From positions 124,001-188,000 of the forward strand of contig JAPMXV010000046.1 of NCBI GenBank assembly GCA_026936335.1: a stretch of DNA of 64,000 nucleotides, given 5' to 3'. Of the stretch, positions 22,806-34,900 are shown piece by piece. The position numbers were made by a program, and so were the translations under genes. The stretch is from Mantamonas sphyraenae STR306 (Eukaryota > Protista > CRuMs). Numbering within the stretch: the stretch's first letter is position 1; each line of letters starts with the position of its first letter. The notes under the pieces are model-generated. The model saw only the letters and a program-made list of their open reading frames with translations, did not search any database and had not been told where the DNA came from.

Positions 22806-23214
22806 ATTGTTCCCGGGGGTGCCTGTGTGTGTGTCACGACGATGCGGGTGTCAGCCAAGGAAATCAAGCGGTTGTCGCTGACGTGCTTCGATGTGCATTT
22901 GCAGCGTGGCGCAACAGGCTTCGGCAGCTGCGTTTGCCCTTTTTGACGACGAGCGCGCCTTTCGTCAACGGTCGATCTCCCCACACCCTAAAACTCACTC
23001 GGATTGCCTATTCACACAGATACAACGGACGCAGACGGGGGCAATGTGCATGGTGGGGCATGGGTGAAGGGTCAGCATATGCACACGCGCATCCATGTGG
23101 CAAGAGGGGGGCGAGGCCGGGAGCTTGACAACATACTCATTTCTCGTTGGCTCCCATTGCGCATGCAGCCACACATACACCACGTCTGCCTCATGATTAC
23201 ATCATTGGCACCTG

Positions 23215-24690
23215 TCACCAGGCCTCCTCCTCTTCATTCAACCCGCGTGCAATGACGGTGGCAACGTCGTCCTTGTGCACAAAGCGTTGCTCCATGCTGT
23301 CGCGTGCTCGCACACTAACAATTCCCCGCTCCAGCGTGTCAAAATCCACGGTGACGCAGTACGGCGTGCCGATTTCATCCTGACGCCTGTATCGTTTGCC
23401 AATGGAGCCTGTCAGGTCAAAGTCGACGTTGCCACCTGCGGCGGCCACTCCATGCACACCGTTGAACAGCTCGTGACGCACCATGCGTGCTTGTTTCACC
23501 AGTTCCGGCTTCTTCATCAGCGGCAGTACGGCCACTTGGAAAGGTGCCAGCTTCGGTGCCAGTTTCAACACCGTCCGCGATCCCTTCTTCTTGCCCGTTG
23601 TGATCGTCCCCGGATCCTCCAGACTCTCCTCGTTGTAGGCGTCGCACAGCATGGCGAAAAACAGACGGTCGAGGCCCACCGATGGTTCGATGACATGTGG
23701 AATGAACTTGCGGCTGTTGTCTGTGGGGTCTGTGTACCGCAGGTCCACGCCGGAGTACTCCATGTGTCTCCTCAGATCGTAGTCGCCTCTGTCAGAGATG
23801 CCCCACAGTTCGCCCCACCCAAAGGGGAAGTGGTATTCGATGTCCACCGTGTGCGACGAGTAGTGTGCACGTTCGTCTGGGTGATGGGTGCGCACCTGCA
23901 GCTCCGCCTCACGAAGCTTCACCTCCTTCACCAGGAAGTCCATGCACGATTGCTGCCAGTGGTTGAACCAGTCTGTGCTCTTGTCTTCTGGGTCGTGGAA
24001 AAACTCCAGTTCCATCTGTTCAAACTCGCGCGTGCGAAAGAGAAAGTTGCCCGGGCTGATTTCGTTTCGGAACGACTTGCCCACCTGACCAATGCCCAGC
24101 GGCAACGGTTTGCGTGTCGTCGTCAACACCTGTTGGAACGAAGTGAAGATGCCCTGCGCAGTTTCCGGGCGCAGAAATACGCTTGCGGCACTTGCTTCGC
24201 TGGGTCCCATCTTTGTCTCGAACAACAAGTTGAAGTTGACGGCGTCGGCAAAGTCGGCCTGTCCACACGACGGGCAACACACCCCTTGGTCGCGAATGAG
24301 CGCAGAGAGGGCGGGCAAATCCAGTTGGCCGGCGTTGGTGAGCACCTGGGCTTCCTCGACCAGCTTGTCAGCGCGCACTCGGCTGTGGCACTGCTTACAC
24401 TCCACCAGTGGGTCGGTGAAGCCCTCCACGTGGCCTGCTGCATGCCACACTTGCGGATTGACAATCACAGGCGTGTCCAAGCCCACACACAGTTCACTGC
24501 GCTGCACAAAGTGGGCCCACCATGCGTTCCGCAGGTTTAACTTGAGTTGTGCACCCAACGGTCCGTACTCGTACGCATTGGCCAAACCCCCATAAATTTC
24601 CGAGGAGGCAAACACAAAGCCACGGTGTTTGGCGAGACGAACGACATCGTCGTAGGCAGTGGCAGCGCGTCGACGGCCAACCGAACTCAT
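23215..24690 (-). CDS. glyQS: Glycyl-tRNA synthetase, alpha2 homodimeric type (short bacterial-like form, probably mitochondrial)
   Basis: KHRGF....EIYGG...YEYGPLG, LRPETAQGIF, QVGKSFRNEISPGNFLFRTREFEQME, WGELWGISDR.DYDL, PHVIEPSVGLDR, GSIGKRYRRQDEIGTP. No introns. Confidence 0.95.
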   Translation of the reverse strand: MSSVGRRRAATAYDDVVRLAKHRGFVFASSEIYGGLANAYEYGPLGAQLKLNLRNAWWAHFVQRSELCVGLDTPVIVNPQVWHAAGHVEGFTDPLVECKQCHSRVRADKLVEEAQVLTNAGQLDLPALSALIRDQGVCCPSCGQADFADAVNFNLLFETKMGPSEASAASVFLRPETAQGIFTSFQQVLTTTRKPLPLGIGQVGKSFRNEISPGNFLFRTREFEQMELEFFHDPEDKSTDWFNHWQQSCMDFLVKEVKLREAELQVRTHHPDERAHYSSHTVDIEYHFPFGWGELWGISDRGDYDLRRHMEYSGVDLRYTDPTDNSRKFIPHVIEPSVGLDRLFFAMLCDAYNEESLEDPGTITTGKKKGSRTVLKLAPKLAPFQVAVLPLMKKPELVKQARMVRHELFNGVHGVAAAGGNVDFDLTGSIGKRYRRQDEIGTPYCVTVDFDTLERGIVSVRARDSMEQRFVHKDDVATVIARGLNEEEEAW

Positions 24691-24865
24691 CACCCCCGTT
24701 TTGGTTTTGTTGGTGGCCCTACCGATTTGTCCCGGGTGCAGTTCAGTGTTGGATTGGGCTGACTTGGTGGATTGGGAAGAGTCGAGCACACAGTTGGCAA
24801 ACAAGTCTGGCGAGTGGGTGCTTGCAGTTCTGACTTGTGTTTTCATCGTCTGCCTCTGGCATTGG

Positions 24866-25747
24866 ATGAGCAAGCGAGAACTGGCTTTGGATCACAGTGA
24901 CGTCAGTGACGCCAGCGACCTCTGTGGGGACGACAGTGTGGGAAGTGAGAAGCGGCAGCGAGTGGACAGCTCCGACGTGGATCAGATCAGCAGCACCAGC
25001 GGAAATAGCAGCAGCAGCAGCAGCAGCAGTAGTAGCAGTAGTAGCAGCAACAGTGGTAACCTTGGTACCAACGCAAGCAGTGGAACAGATACAGAGGACA
25101 AAGATATGTTTGTGCGGAGAGAAAAGAGATTGCTGGTGGGCCTGGGGAACTACGGCATGAGCAAGAAACAACGGCACTCGGTTGGCTTTGCCCTTCTGGA
25201 TCACCTTGCACAGCGAGAAGGAGTGCAATTTGAGACCATGCGGCGTCTGGGCGGCCAGGTGGCGCGTTGTGTGACACGTGTGGACGCGGGCGAGGTGCAG
25301 AAGGAACAACTGAAGCGCATCAACGCCAACGCCAAGAAGCGGGATCGCGTCAAGCCCGAGGTGGTGGAAACAGGGCTCATAGAAGTGGAATGGGTGTTGA
25401 TGAAACCCAACACGCTGATGAACATTTGCGGAGGCTCTGTGCGGTCGGCCATGCGCGAGTTTGGCATTGACGCTTCCGAACTCGTGGTGGCCCACGACGA
25501 GCTGGAGCTGAAACATGGCAAGGTGGGATACAAAAACACAGGCAGCACCAAGGGACACAACGGCCTCAAGTCCATCTTTGGCAAGATTGGCACTCAGGAA
25601 GTGCGCCGTGTGCGTTTGGGCATCGGCAGACCCAATGAGAAGTGGCAAGTGACCACATGGGTGTTGGGCAACTTTACCAAAGCCCAACAGGAGCATCTGG
25701 ACAACGATGTGTTTCCCAGCATCACGTGGACGGAGCTTGCGGCTTGA
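24866..25747 (+). CDS. pth: Peptidyl-tRNA hydrolase (Pth1/PTRH1)
   Basis: LLVGLGN, RHSVGF, KPNTLMN..G, VAHDEL, GHNGLKS, RVRLGIGRP, WVLGNF. Confidence 0.93.
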   Translation: MSKRELALDHSDVSDASDLCGDDSVGSEKRQRVDSSDVDQISSTSGNSSSSSSSSSSSSSSNSGNLGTNASSGTDTEDKDMFVRREKRLLVGLGNYGMSKKQRHSVGFALLDHLAQREGVQFETMRRLGGQVARCVTRVDAGEVQKEQLKRINANAKKRDRVKPEVVETGLIEVEWVLMKPNTLMNICGGSVRSAMREFGIDASELVVAHDELELKHGKVGYKNTGSTKGHNGLKSIFGKIGTQEVRRVRLGIGRPNEKWQVTTWVLGNFTKAQQEHLDNDVFPSITWTELAA

Positions 25748-25918
25748 TTCTGCTGCTGCGTTGGGAGGTGTTTGGCAGGCATGCAATGAAGGACGCAATT
25801 CAAGAGGGGTGCCTAGGGTGCGTGCATCTGCTTGTGTGTTGCGTCGTAGTGCAAACATGTGTTTCTGTGTGGCACTTGCTGGAGCGGCGCGCAGTCGGCA
25901 GCAACTCGAGCGAACCCC

Positions 25919-27108
25919 ATGGACGTCAACACGGGCGGCATTGTGCTGGACATTGGGACAAACACGACCAAAGTGGGCTGGGCGGGCGAAGATTCGCCCA
26001 AGTTCATCTTTGAGTCTTGCATGGGGGTGCCCGGCACGTCGGCAGCGTCAAGCCGTGCCGCCGACACCGAGACGGTCGACTCGAGCGGGAGCGGACGCAA
26101 GCGCAAGCTTGATGACGTGTACTACACAGGCTCGCAATCGTTGTATGTGCGAAGAGACAACACAGACATGAAGTGGGCGATGGCCAATGGCCAAGGTAGG
26201 TTGGTGTGTGTGGCAGGCTTGGGCAAAAAAGGCAGCGGGGAGAGGGTTGTGATCTTGGTGCGTTGGCTGACACGACACACGCACGCCACACGGGAACTCT
26301 CAACGCCACACGGCATGCATACGCACAACCACACGTGCTGTGTTTTTGGAATGGTGGGGGCACGGGGCATGTGTTGCTGCGCACAGTGTCGGACTGGGAC
26401 GTGGTGGAGAGGTTGGTGGAGCATGCCTACAAGAACGAGCTGCGTGTCAACTCGAACGAACAGCCCCTTCTGCTGGCTGAGCCGTCGTTCCACAGCAAGG
26501 CCAACCGAGAAAAGTTTACGGAGCTGATGTTTGAAAAGTTTGATGTGCCCGGCCTGTACTTGGCACGCAATGCAGCACTGACGTGCTACGCCTCCAAGCG
26601 CGGCACAGCCGTGGTGGTGGAGAGCGGTGCGGGCGTGTCTGCAGCCGTGCCGGTGATTGACGGCTACGTTTTGACGAAGAACATTGTGACGTCTGCATGG
26701 GCTGGCAACGCTGTGTCTGCCGCTCTGGACGAGCTGCTGGCCTCGCAGTCCGTTGATGTCAGGCCCAACTACATGTTCAAGCGCACGCGTGCGTCGGAAG
26801 AGGAGCCATTCAAGGTGGAGAATGTGGACACGTCTGCTGTGCAGCCCTCGTACCACCACTTTCTCAAACTGCGTGCCATTGAAGAGATCAAGCACCAGCT
26901 TGTCGCCGTCACCAAAACCGCCTCCGCCGCACCCAACGAAGAGAAAGTATCGTGCACACTCCCCGATGGCACTTCCTTCCAACTCGGTGCCGAGCGGTTT
27001 GCCCTTGGCGAGCGCTTGTTTGCCGCAAACAGCCGTTTCCCGTCCGATGTCCCCTACGGTGTGGCCGACGGGGCCGCGTCAAAGGTCCAGGACGACATGC
27101 AGGTGGAC

Positions 27109-27145
<37 letters not shown>

Positions 27146-27516
27146 GTGGGGCAGGATCCGAGACGACTGCAGCTGGAACAGAGGCGTTGCCGCTGACACA
27201 AATGCTGGCAAACAGTTTGGAGTTGTGTGAGCCCGACACACGCAAAACGTTGCACAACAACATCATTCTGACCGGTGGCAATACGCTGATGAGCGGATTT
27301 GTGGAACGCTTCGAGTCTGACTTCAACGCAATGGCACCCAGTGTGTTTCGTGTGCGCTACTTTTCTCCCAACGACCGCTTCCAGACCGAGCGCAAGTTTA
27401 GTGTCTGGATTGGGGGCTCTATTCTCGGCTCCCTCGGTGTGTTTCAGCAGCAGTACATGGGCAAAGTCGAGTATCTGGAGACCGGCGCCACCCTCGTTAA
27501 CCGTCGATGCCCGTAG
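25919..27516 (+). CDS. ARP4: Nuclear actin-related protein 4 (ARP4/ACTL6), intron 26196-26386
   Basis: IVLDIG..TTKVGWAGEDSP, PLLLAEP, ELMFEKFDVP, VPVIDGYVL, LPDG, TGGNTL..GF.ER, ERKFSVWIGGSILGSLG.FQQ and terminal RRCP. The splice is in frame. Confidence 0.9.
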
Positions 27517-27591
27517 GCAATGCACCGCTCTCCTTTCGCCACCAGCGCACAGATGCACTCCCAGCAACTCCTTGCTACACGCTCACTCGCC

Positions 27592-28657
27592 CTAACCTTC
27601 TTCTTGCAGTTGCTGCAGCACGTGGGCGACGAAAACGTAGTCGACGTTCCCGTCCGAACGCCCCGAGTGGATGTACATGGCGTCCAGGAGACTACGAGCC
27701 TCGTCAAGACCCAGAGAGAGCTTCAGAGATTGCAATGCCAGCAACAGCTGATACTGGGTCACCAGACCCTTTCGCTGTGTGTCGAAACGTGCGCAGGCGA
27801 GCTGGAAGTCAGCGGCACAGCAGTCATGCTGCACCATGACTGCACTGAGGCCTGCCAATGCATGCAGCAGTCCCTGCAAGGCCCGCCCTCTTTCACTGCT
27901 GGGGTGCATCTTTTCATGTTGCTGCTCGTCCAGCTCCTGCAGCAATTGCTCCTTGCGCCCGGCCAACTCCTTGTGGCGGCGGTTCAACTCTGCGTAGCGC
28001 AGTTCAAACAGCTCGCGACGCGAAAGAGAGGGCGAGGCTGTTTGTTGCTCGTCTTCCTGTTGCTCCCTGCGCTTGTCCGGCAGGTGCAGAAATTCGCGCG
28101 CAGCCTGAATCGACTCGTCCAGGGCTGCTGTCGTGTCATGAATGCTCGAATAATAATGATTGAATTGGCCAACGTTGTCGTCGTCAAAGGATGCCTTGTC
28201 GGAACACACGCCTTCGTCCTCTGCCTCTGCAAAGACGACGTTGTCAACGACTATGTCGTCGTCGCCGTCGTTGTCCTCCTCCTCCTCCCCGTCGCGAAGG
28301 ATGTCATCTCCACAAGACGAAATGTGAGGTTGTTGGGCCAGCTCTCGTGTGTGCTCAGCGTACAGGTCTGCCAGGAGCGAAGCTTGGCGTTCGGTGGCGC
28401 GTGCAAAGGCGCGACGCTCTTGCTGCCGCTCGGCCTCGTCTTGCTCACGCAGAACAGTCTCCATGAAGCGCAGAGCGCATGCATAGTTGACACGCAGCCG
28501 CTCAAGAGGTGTGTGGGATGCAGCGCGCTGGTGGACAAGCTGCCCGTATTCCAGCAGGGCCTCCTGCTGCTCCTTTGTCTCTGCCAAGGACAGCAACGAG
28601 GAGAGGGCCAAAGTGCCTGACTCCTCTGTGTCTGCCGCTTGCAAGGCGGACAGCATC
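27592..28657 (-). CDS. Coiled-coil protein with C-terminal degenerate EF-hand pair
   Basis: ORF with RFDTQRKGLVT..LL.AL and SDGNVDY. The start at ATG 28657 is preferred because the upstream part of the ORF overlaps the element end. Confidence 0.55.
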
Positions 28658-28757
28658 TGATCGCTGGAGGCGGGAGTTGGAGTTGCGGGGTCGGGGCCAC
28701 CTCGAACTCGAACTGTATTTCTCGTAAGTGCGTGAACGCACGCCAACGCACTACATA

Positions 28758-28931
28758 CAAATACTTGACCATGCCCAAAAGTTGGCTTGCTTCTGGACAA
28801 TGGCTACCAGGGCGTCGTTGCTGGATGCCCTGGTTATTTTGCTTGAACATCGAGCGGTGGCTTGCGCTCGATGTGCTCCGTCTCTTCGAGCAGCTCCCGT
28901 CGTCGATGGAGCTGCATCAGATCATGTTCAC
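28758..28931 (-). ncRNA. Putative Fanzor omegaRNA/fRNA scaffold
   Basis: Four consecutive stem-loops directly downstream of the Fanzor stop: 28890-28915, 28847-28874 (10-bp perfect stem), 28806-28834 and 28769-28803 (G-U wobbles only on the minus strand). Confidence 0.65.
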
Positions 28932-31900
28932 TCACTCCTCCGTTTGAGTGGTGTTGGTATGATCATTGGACGTGTCCGTGACTGCTGCTTCGCTCGGCCT
29001 GCTGAATGGAACGGGTCGTTGTCCCGATTTGATCTGCTCCACAGTGATCCAGAAAAATGCCTCGCACGAGTGCTGGTCTCGTTGCATTGCTACGTGCAGC
29101 GGAATATTCACGTCGTTGTGAATTTCCCGTTGCAGCAGTGCAAATAAGGTCTGCTTGCGTGTGTGGTGGTTGCGCGATCTGCTGCATCGGGGACAGAACT
29201 GAAGCCTGCCCAGAGGTTTACGCGACACATTGGTGTTGAAACTGAGTGTCTTCCCACACCTGTGCACCTTGGATGTGCGATACTCGTCGAGGTCCTTGAC
29301 CACGTTGTAGAACGCGGCGAGCCTGTCCAGCACGTCTCCCGTCCGTCCCCCCAGGCTTGACTGCTTCTTGCCTCCAACCACAAGCACATGGTTCTTGGGC
29401 ATGTCTCTGTCGGACATCATCTCCAGCGTCTTGTCGATTGTCCTTCTGAGGAAACGGGCCTGTGTGCGTGTGCCCCCTTTCCGCCGCCTCATCTCGTTGT
29501 GAGTCATCGTTGGCACGGACATCTGGAACACTGTGTCGTTATGCGTCCACATGAGAACCCAAGTGTCACGCGTTACGCCCCAGTCGACAAACGCAAAGAG
29601 GGTATCGTTGACCATCTCTTTCCAAGCGGGTGTTGTCTGCGCCGACTCGTCCTGCTCGCTCTCCCTGCCACCACTGGTCACTTCCGCCTCCCTGTCCTGC
29701 GCACCGTCGCCACCCTCGGTGCCCAACGCCTGTGTCTCGTTCTCCCGGCTGCTCGTATCACCATGCGCACCGTCGCCACCCTCGGTGCCCAACGCCTGTG
29801 TCTCGTTCTCCCGGCTGCTCGTATCACCATGCGCATCGTCGCCACCCTCAGTGCCCAACGCCTGTGTCTCGTTCTCCCGGCTGCTCGTATCACCATGCGC
29901 ACCGTCGCCACCCTCCGTGTCCAACGCCTGTGTCTCGTTCTCCCGGCTGCTCGTATCACCATGCGCACCGTCGCCACCCTCAGTGCCCAACGCCTGTGTC
30001 TCGTTCTCCCGGCTGCTCGTATCACCATGCGCATCGTCGCCACCCTCGGTGCCCAACGCCTGTGTCTCGTTCTCCCGGCTGCTCGTATCACCATGCGCAC
30101 CGTCGCCACCCTCAGTGCCCAACGCCTGTGTCTCGTTCTCCCGGCTGCTCGTATCACCATGCGCACCGTCGCCACCCTCAGTGCCCAACGCCTGTGTCTC
30201 GTTCTCCCGGCTGCTCGTATCACCATGCGCACCGTCGCCACCCTCGGTGCCCAACGCCTGTGTCTCGTTCTCCCGGCTGCTCGTATCACCATGCGCACCG
30301 TCGCCACCCTCAGTGCCCAACGCCTGTGTCTCGTTCTCCCGGCTGCTCGTATCACCATGCGCATCGTCGCCACCCTCGGTGCCCAACGCCTGTGTCTCGT
30401 TCTCTCCCGGCTGCTCGTATCACCATGCGCACCGTCGCCACCCTCAGTGCCCAACGCCTGTGTCTCGTTCTCCCGGCTGCTCGTATCACCATGCGCATCG
30501 TCGCCACCCTCAGTGCCCAACGCCTGTGTCTCGTTCTCCCGGCTGCTCGTATCACCATGCGCACCGTCGCCACCCTCCGTGTCCAACGCCTGTGTCTCGT
30601 TCTCCCGGCTGCTCGTATCACCATGCGCACCGTCGCCACCCTCAGTGCCCAACGCCTGTGTCTCGTTCTCCCGGCTGCTCGTATCACCATGCGCATCGTC
30701 GCCACCCTCGGTGCCCAACGCCTGTGTCTCGTTCTCCCGGCTGCTCGTATCACCATGCGCACCGTCGCCACCCTCAGTGCCCAACGCCTGTGTCTCGTTC
30801 TCCCGGCTGCTCGTATCACCATGCGCACCGTCGCCACCCTCAGTGCCCAACGCCTGTGTCTCGTTCTCCCGGCTGCTCGTATCACCATGCGCACCGTCGC
30901 CACCCTCGGTGCCCAACGCCTGTGTCTCGTTCTCCCGGCTGCTCGTATCACCATGCGCATCGTCGCCACCCTCGGTGCCCAACGCCTGTGTCTCGTTCTC
31001 CCGGCTGCTCGTATCACCATGCGCACCGTCGCCACCCTCGGTGCCCAACGCCTGTGTCTCGTTCTCCCGGCTGCTCGTATCACCATGCGCACCGTCGCCA
31101 CCCTCAGTGCCCAACGCCTGTGTCTCGTTCTCCCGGCTGCTCGTATCACCATGCGCACCGTCGCCACCCTCGGTGCCCAACGCCTGTGTCTCGTTCTCCC
31201 GGCTGCTCGTATCACCATGCGCACCGTCGCCACCCTCAGTGCCCAACGCCTGTGTCTCGTTCTCCCGGCTGCTCGTATCACCATGCGCATCGTCGCCACC
31301 CTCGGTGCCCAACGCCTGTGTCTCGTTCTCCCGGCTGCTCGTATCACCATGCGCACCGTCGCCACCCTCAGTGCCCAACGCCTGTGTCTCGTTCTCCCGG
31401 CTGCTCGTATCACCATGCGCATCGTCGCCACCCTCGGTGCCCAACGCCTGTGTCTCGTTCTCCCGGCTGCTCGTATCACCATGCGCATCGTCGCCACCCT
31501 CAGTGCCCAACGCCTGTGTCTCGTTCTCCCGGCTGCTCGTATCACCATGCGCACCGTCGCCACCCTCCGTGTCCAACGCCTGTGTCTCGTTCTCCCGGCT
31601 GCTCGTATCACCATGCGCACCGTCGCCACCCTCAGTGCCCAACGCCTGTGTCTCGTTCTCCCGGCTGCTCGTATCACCATGCGCATCGTCGCCACCCTCG
31701 GTGCCCAACGCCTGTGTCTCGTTCTCCCGGCTGCTCGTATCACCATGCGCACCGTCGCCACCCTCAGTGCCCAACGCCTGTGTCTCGTTCTCTCCGGCTG
31801 CTCGTATCACCATGCGCACCGTCGCCACCCTCAGTGCCCAACGCCTGTGTCTCGTTCTCCCGGCTGCTCGTATCACCATGCGCATCGTCGCCACCCTCGG

Positions 31901-34900
31901 TGCCCAACGCCTGTGTCTCGTTCTCCCGGCTGCTCGTATCACCATGCGCACCGTCGCCACCCTCAGTGCCCAACGCCTGTGTCTCGTTCTCCCGGCTGCT
32001 CGTATCACCATGCGCATCGTCGCCACCCTCGGTGCCCAACGCCTGTGTCTCGTTCTCCCGGCTGCTCGTATCACCATGCGCACCGTCGCCACCCTCAGTG
32101 CCCAACGCCTGTGTCTCGTTCTCTCCGGCTGCTCGTATCACCATGCGCACCGTCGCCACCCTCAGTGCCCAACGCCTGTGTCTCGTTCTCCCGGCTGCTC
32201 GTATCACCATGCGCACCGTCGCCACCCTCGGTGCCCAACGCCTGTGTCTCGTTCTCCCGGCTGCTCGTATCACCATGCGCATCGTCGCCACCCTCGGTGC
32301 CCAACGCCTGTGTCTCGTTCTCCCGGCTGCTCGTATCACCATGCGCACCGTCGCCACCCTCGGTGCCCAACGCCTGTGTCTCGTTCTCCCGGCTGCTCGT
32401 ATCACCATGCGCACCGTCGCCACCCTCAGTGCCCAACGCCTGTGTCTCGTTCTCCCGGCTGCTCGTATCACCATGCGCACCGTCGCCACCCTCGGTGCCC
32501 AACGCCTGTGTCTCGTTCTCCCGGCTGCTCGTATCACCATGCGCACCGTCGCCACCCTCAGTGCCCAACGCCTGTGTCTCGTTCTCCCGGCTGCTCGTAT
32601 CACCATGCGCATCGTCGCCACCCTCGGTGCCCAACGCCTGTGTCTCGTTCTCCCGGCTGCTCGTATCACCATGCGCACCGTCGCCACCCTCAGTGCCCAA
32701 CGCCTGTGTCTCGTTCTCCCGGCTGCTCGTATCACCATGCGCATCGTCGCCACCCTCGGTGCCCAACGCCTGTGTCTCGTTCTCCCGGCTGCTCGTATCA
32801 CCATGCGCACCGTCGCCACCCTCGGTGTCCAACGCCTGTGTCTCGTTCTCCCGGCTGCTCGTTCCCGTCTCTTCCTCCGTCGCGCCTTCCCCACTCTCCT
32901 TCGTACTCCAACCGCCGATGTCTCTGAACTTGTACACACCGCGCTTGCCAACCTTGCTTCCCATGTCTTTCATATGGTTCCAGTTCTCCTTTGCGATGAA
33001 CCTTGCCATCCACTGCGGCAACTCATCCGTGAATTGCAACATGTTGATTGCAGTTGTGAACAGGGGCGCCGTCAGCTTGTTCAACCAGTTCTTCTTCTTG
33101 TCCTTGTTGCTCGTGTCGCCGTTCCCGCGGCGGACTTGACGTTCCGCAAAGATGTACCAAAGATGACGCAGGCACTCTTCTTCCATCCTCGTGACCAGAG
33201 CAGGGTCACCACGCGTCATGGGGTCAGACACAAGGTTCTGCGGATAGAAAATCGAGACACCCGCGCCTGCGTCTGACTCTCGCACAGTCCCTTTCCATCT
33301 CATCAGCTGGCTCGGCCTCAGATGCTCAACCACGGGAGCGTGTGCAATGAGGCTCGCAAACAGATCATCGAGCAGGGGTCCAGGTTCGCACGCGTGTACC
33401 CGCCACCACGAAAGCGAGTACGCCGCATCCTCCGGGATGCTGCTGCGGTCTTCCTTCCACGCTTTGAGCACACGCCCACACGCCCCACTGTTCAGCTTTC
33501 CTGCGTGCACGTCCTTCCATCGCTCATCGCTGTGGAGTAGGAACGGAACCAGCAATCGTTTAGCCTCAGTTGGGCTAAAGTCGACTGCGTTGACGCTGTG
33601 TTCGTCGCCGACATCCTCGATGAGGCCATGGAGGATGCACAAGTAGATGTGTCGCGTCTGTTTTGCCCTCTTGCCTGTGGTTTTGGTGGCCAGCATCGAC
33701 TTCTTCTCGTCCATCTCGCCCAGGACGCGCACCGCAACCGCATGTGCAGCCTCGTAGTCTGGCTCCTGCCTGAGCTCGTTCCCCGTCCTGATGGCCTGCT
33801 CCTGCGCCCTGGACCTTGTCTTCCTCGCTTCTGCTTGCAAGACATCGTGAACGACGCCAAGGTAGTCTTTTCCGACGCCGTGCCGGGCCAGCGCCGGCAC
33901 GATGCGTGTCTCGCCGTAGTGGGCAACGATGGCGTCGCACGCCGCAAGCACCACCATCTGCTCCGCCTTGTCGACATCATCTGTGGCCATGGTCGTTTGG
34001 TGTTTCACCAGGGCGAAGAAGAGCAGTGTCTGCTTCGAGGTCACCATCTTCTTCAGCTCGTTGCGCAGCCGGTCGCTGAGCATCGCACGCATGTGCTGTG
34101 TGGCGGGCCCAAGGTCTCCTGCTGCGGTCAGGTCCAGGTCAAGCGTGTGGTCGCCACGGCCGTCGTCAACGACAACGTGCCCTTCGGTGTTGATGGCCAA
34201 CGGCCTTCCGGCATGGGAGAGTAGATCTCCCACCAGGGAGTCACTTGAGCTGCTGATGATGTAGCGATCCACCAACGTCTGGATGCTGTTGAGTTTCTCC
34301 TGAGCATCGTCGCACTCCCAAGCGCTGGCGACTGCCAACACTCTGCCGGCAACTTCCATCACACTGGGCACAAGGTTGGCAAACTTGCGGGTGAGGTGCA
34401 TCACCGTGACACTGTTCTCCACCTTCATGGCGTGGAACCGAGTCTCGCCAGCGCTGGCAATTGCGTGCAGCAGACCGAGATCGAAGGGAACCACACTGCC
34501 ATTGCCGGGGAAAACATCGTCCAGGGCCCCTTGAAGGATCGTCGAGACTTGTGATACGAGCTCCTTCTTGTCCTTGGGCGGGGATTCGGCTGCGCTCTTT
34601 GGCCTGGCCAGGCCTTGCGGCGCGGGCGGTTGCTCCCTTGTGAACTCTGGGCGATCCTGCAGAGTCCCAATGGCACGTGCCGTCATCTTCTGGCCGTGCA
34701 ATGCACCGGTGTGATAAACCATGCCTCGCTGGGTTTCGTCGTACATCGACTCTGCCCTCATGTGCTCCAGGTCCTCGTCGGTAACAACCACGCGCTTCAC
34801 CCGAAACCGGAGCGACTGGAAGAGTTGAAGAGCGGTATAGCAGCCGTTGAGAGCGTTTGCTTGAGTGCGCAGGAGCCTGGTCAGCGGGAAAGTTGCGCCA

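Noticed and set aside
29698-32862. CRISPR array
   Set aside because: Units abut with no unique spacers, the period is a multiple of 3 and in frame with a protein, and the context is eukaryotic with no cas genes.
29388-33276. Three >1,100-aa plus-strand ORFs
   Set aside because: They are artefacts of a stop-free 66-bp repeat. Only the minus frame connects to recognisable domains.
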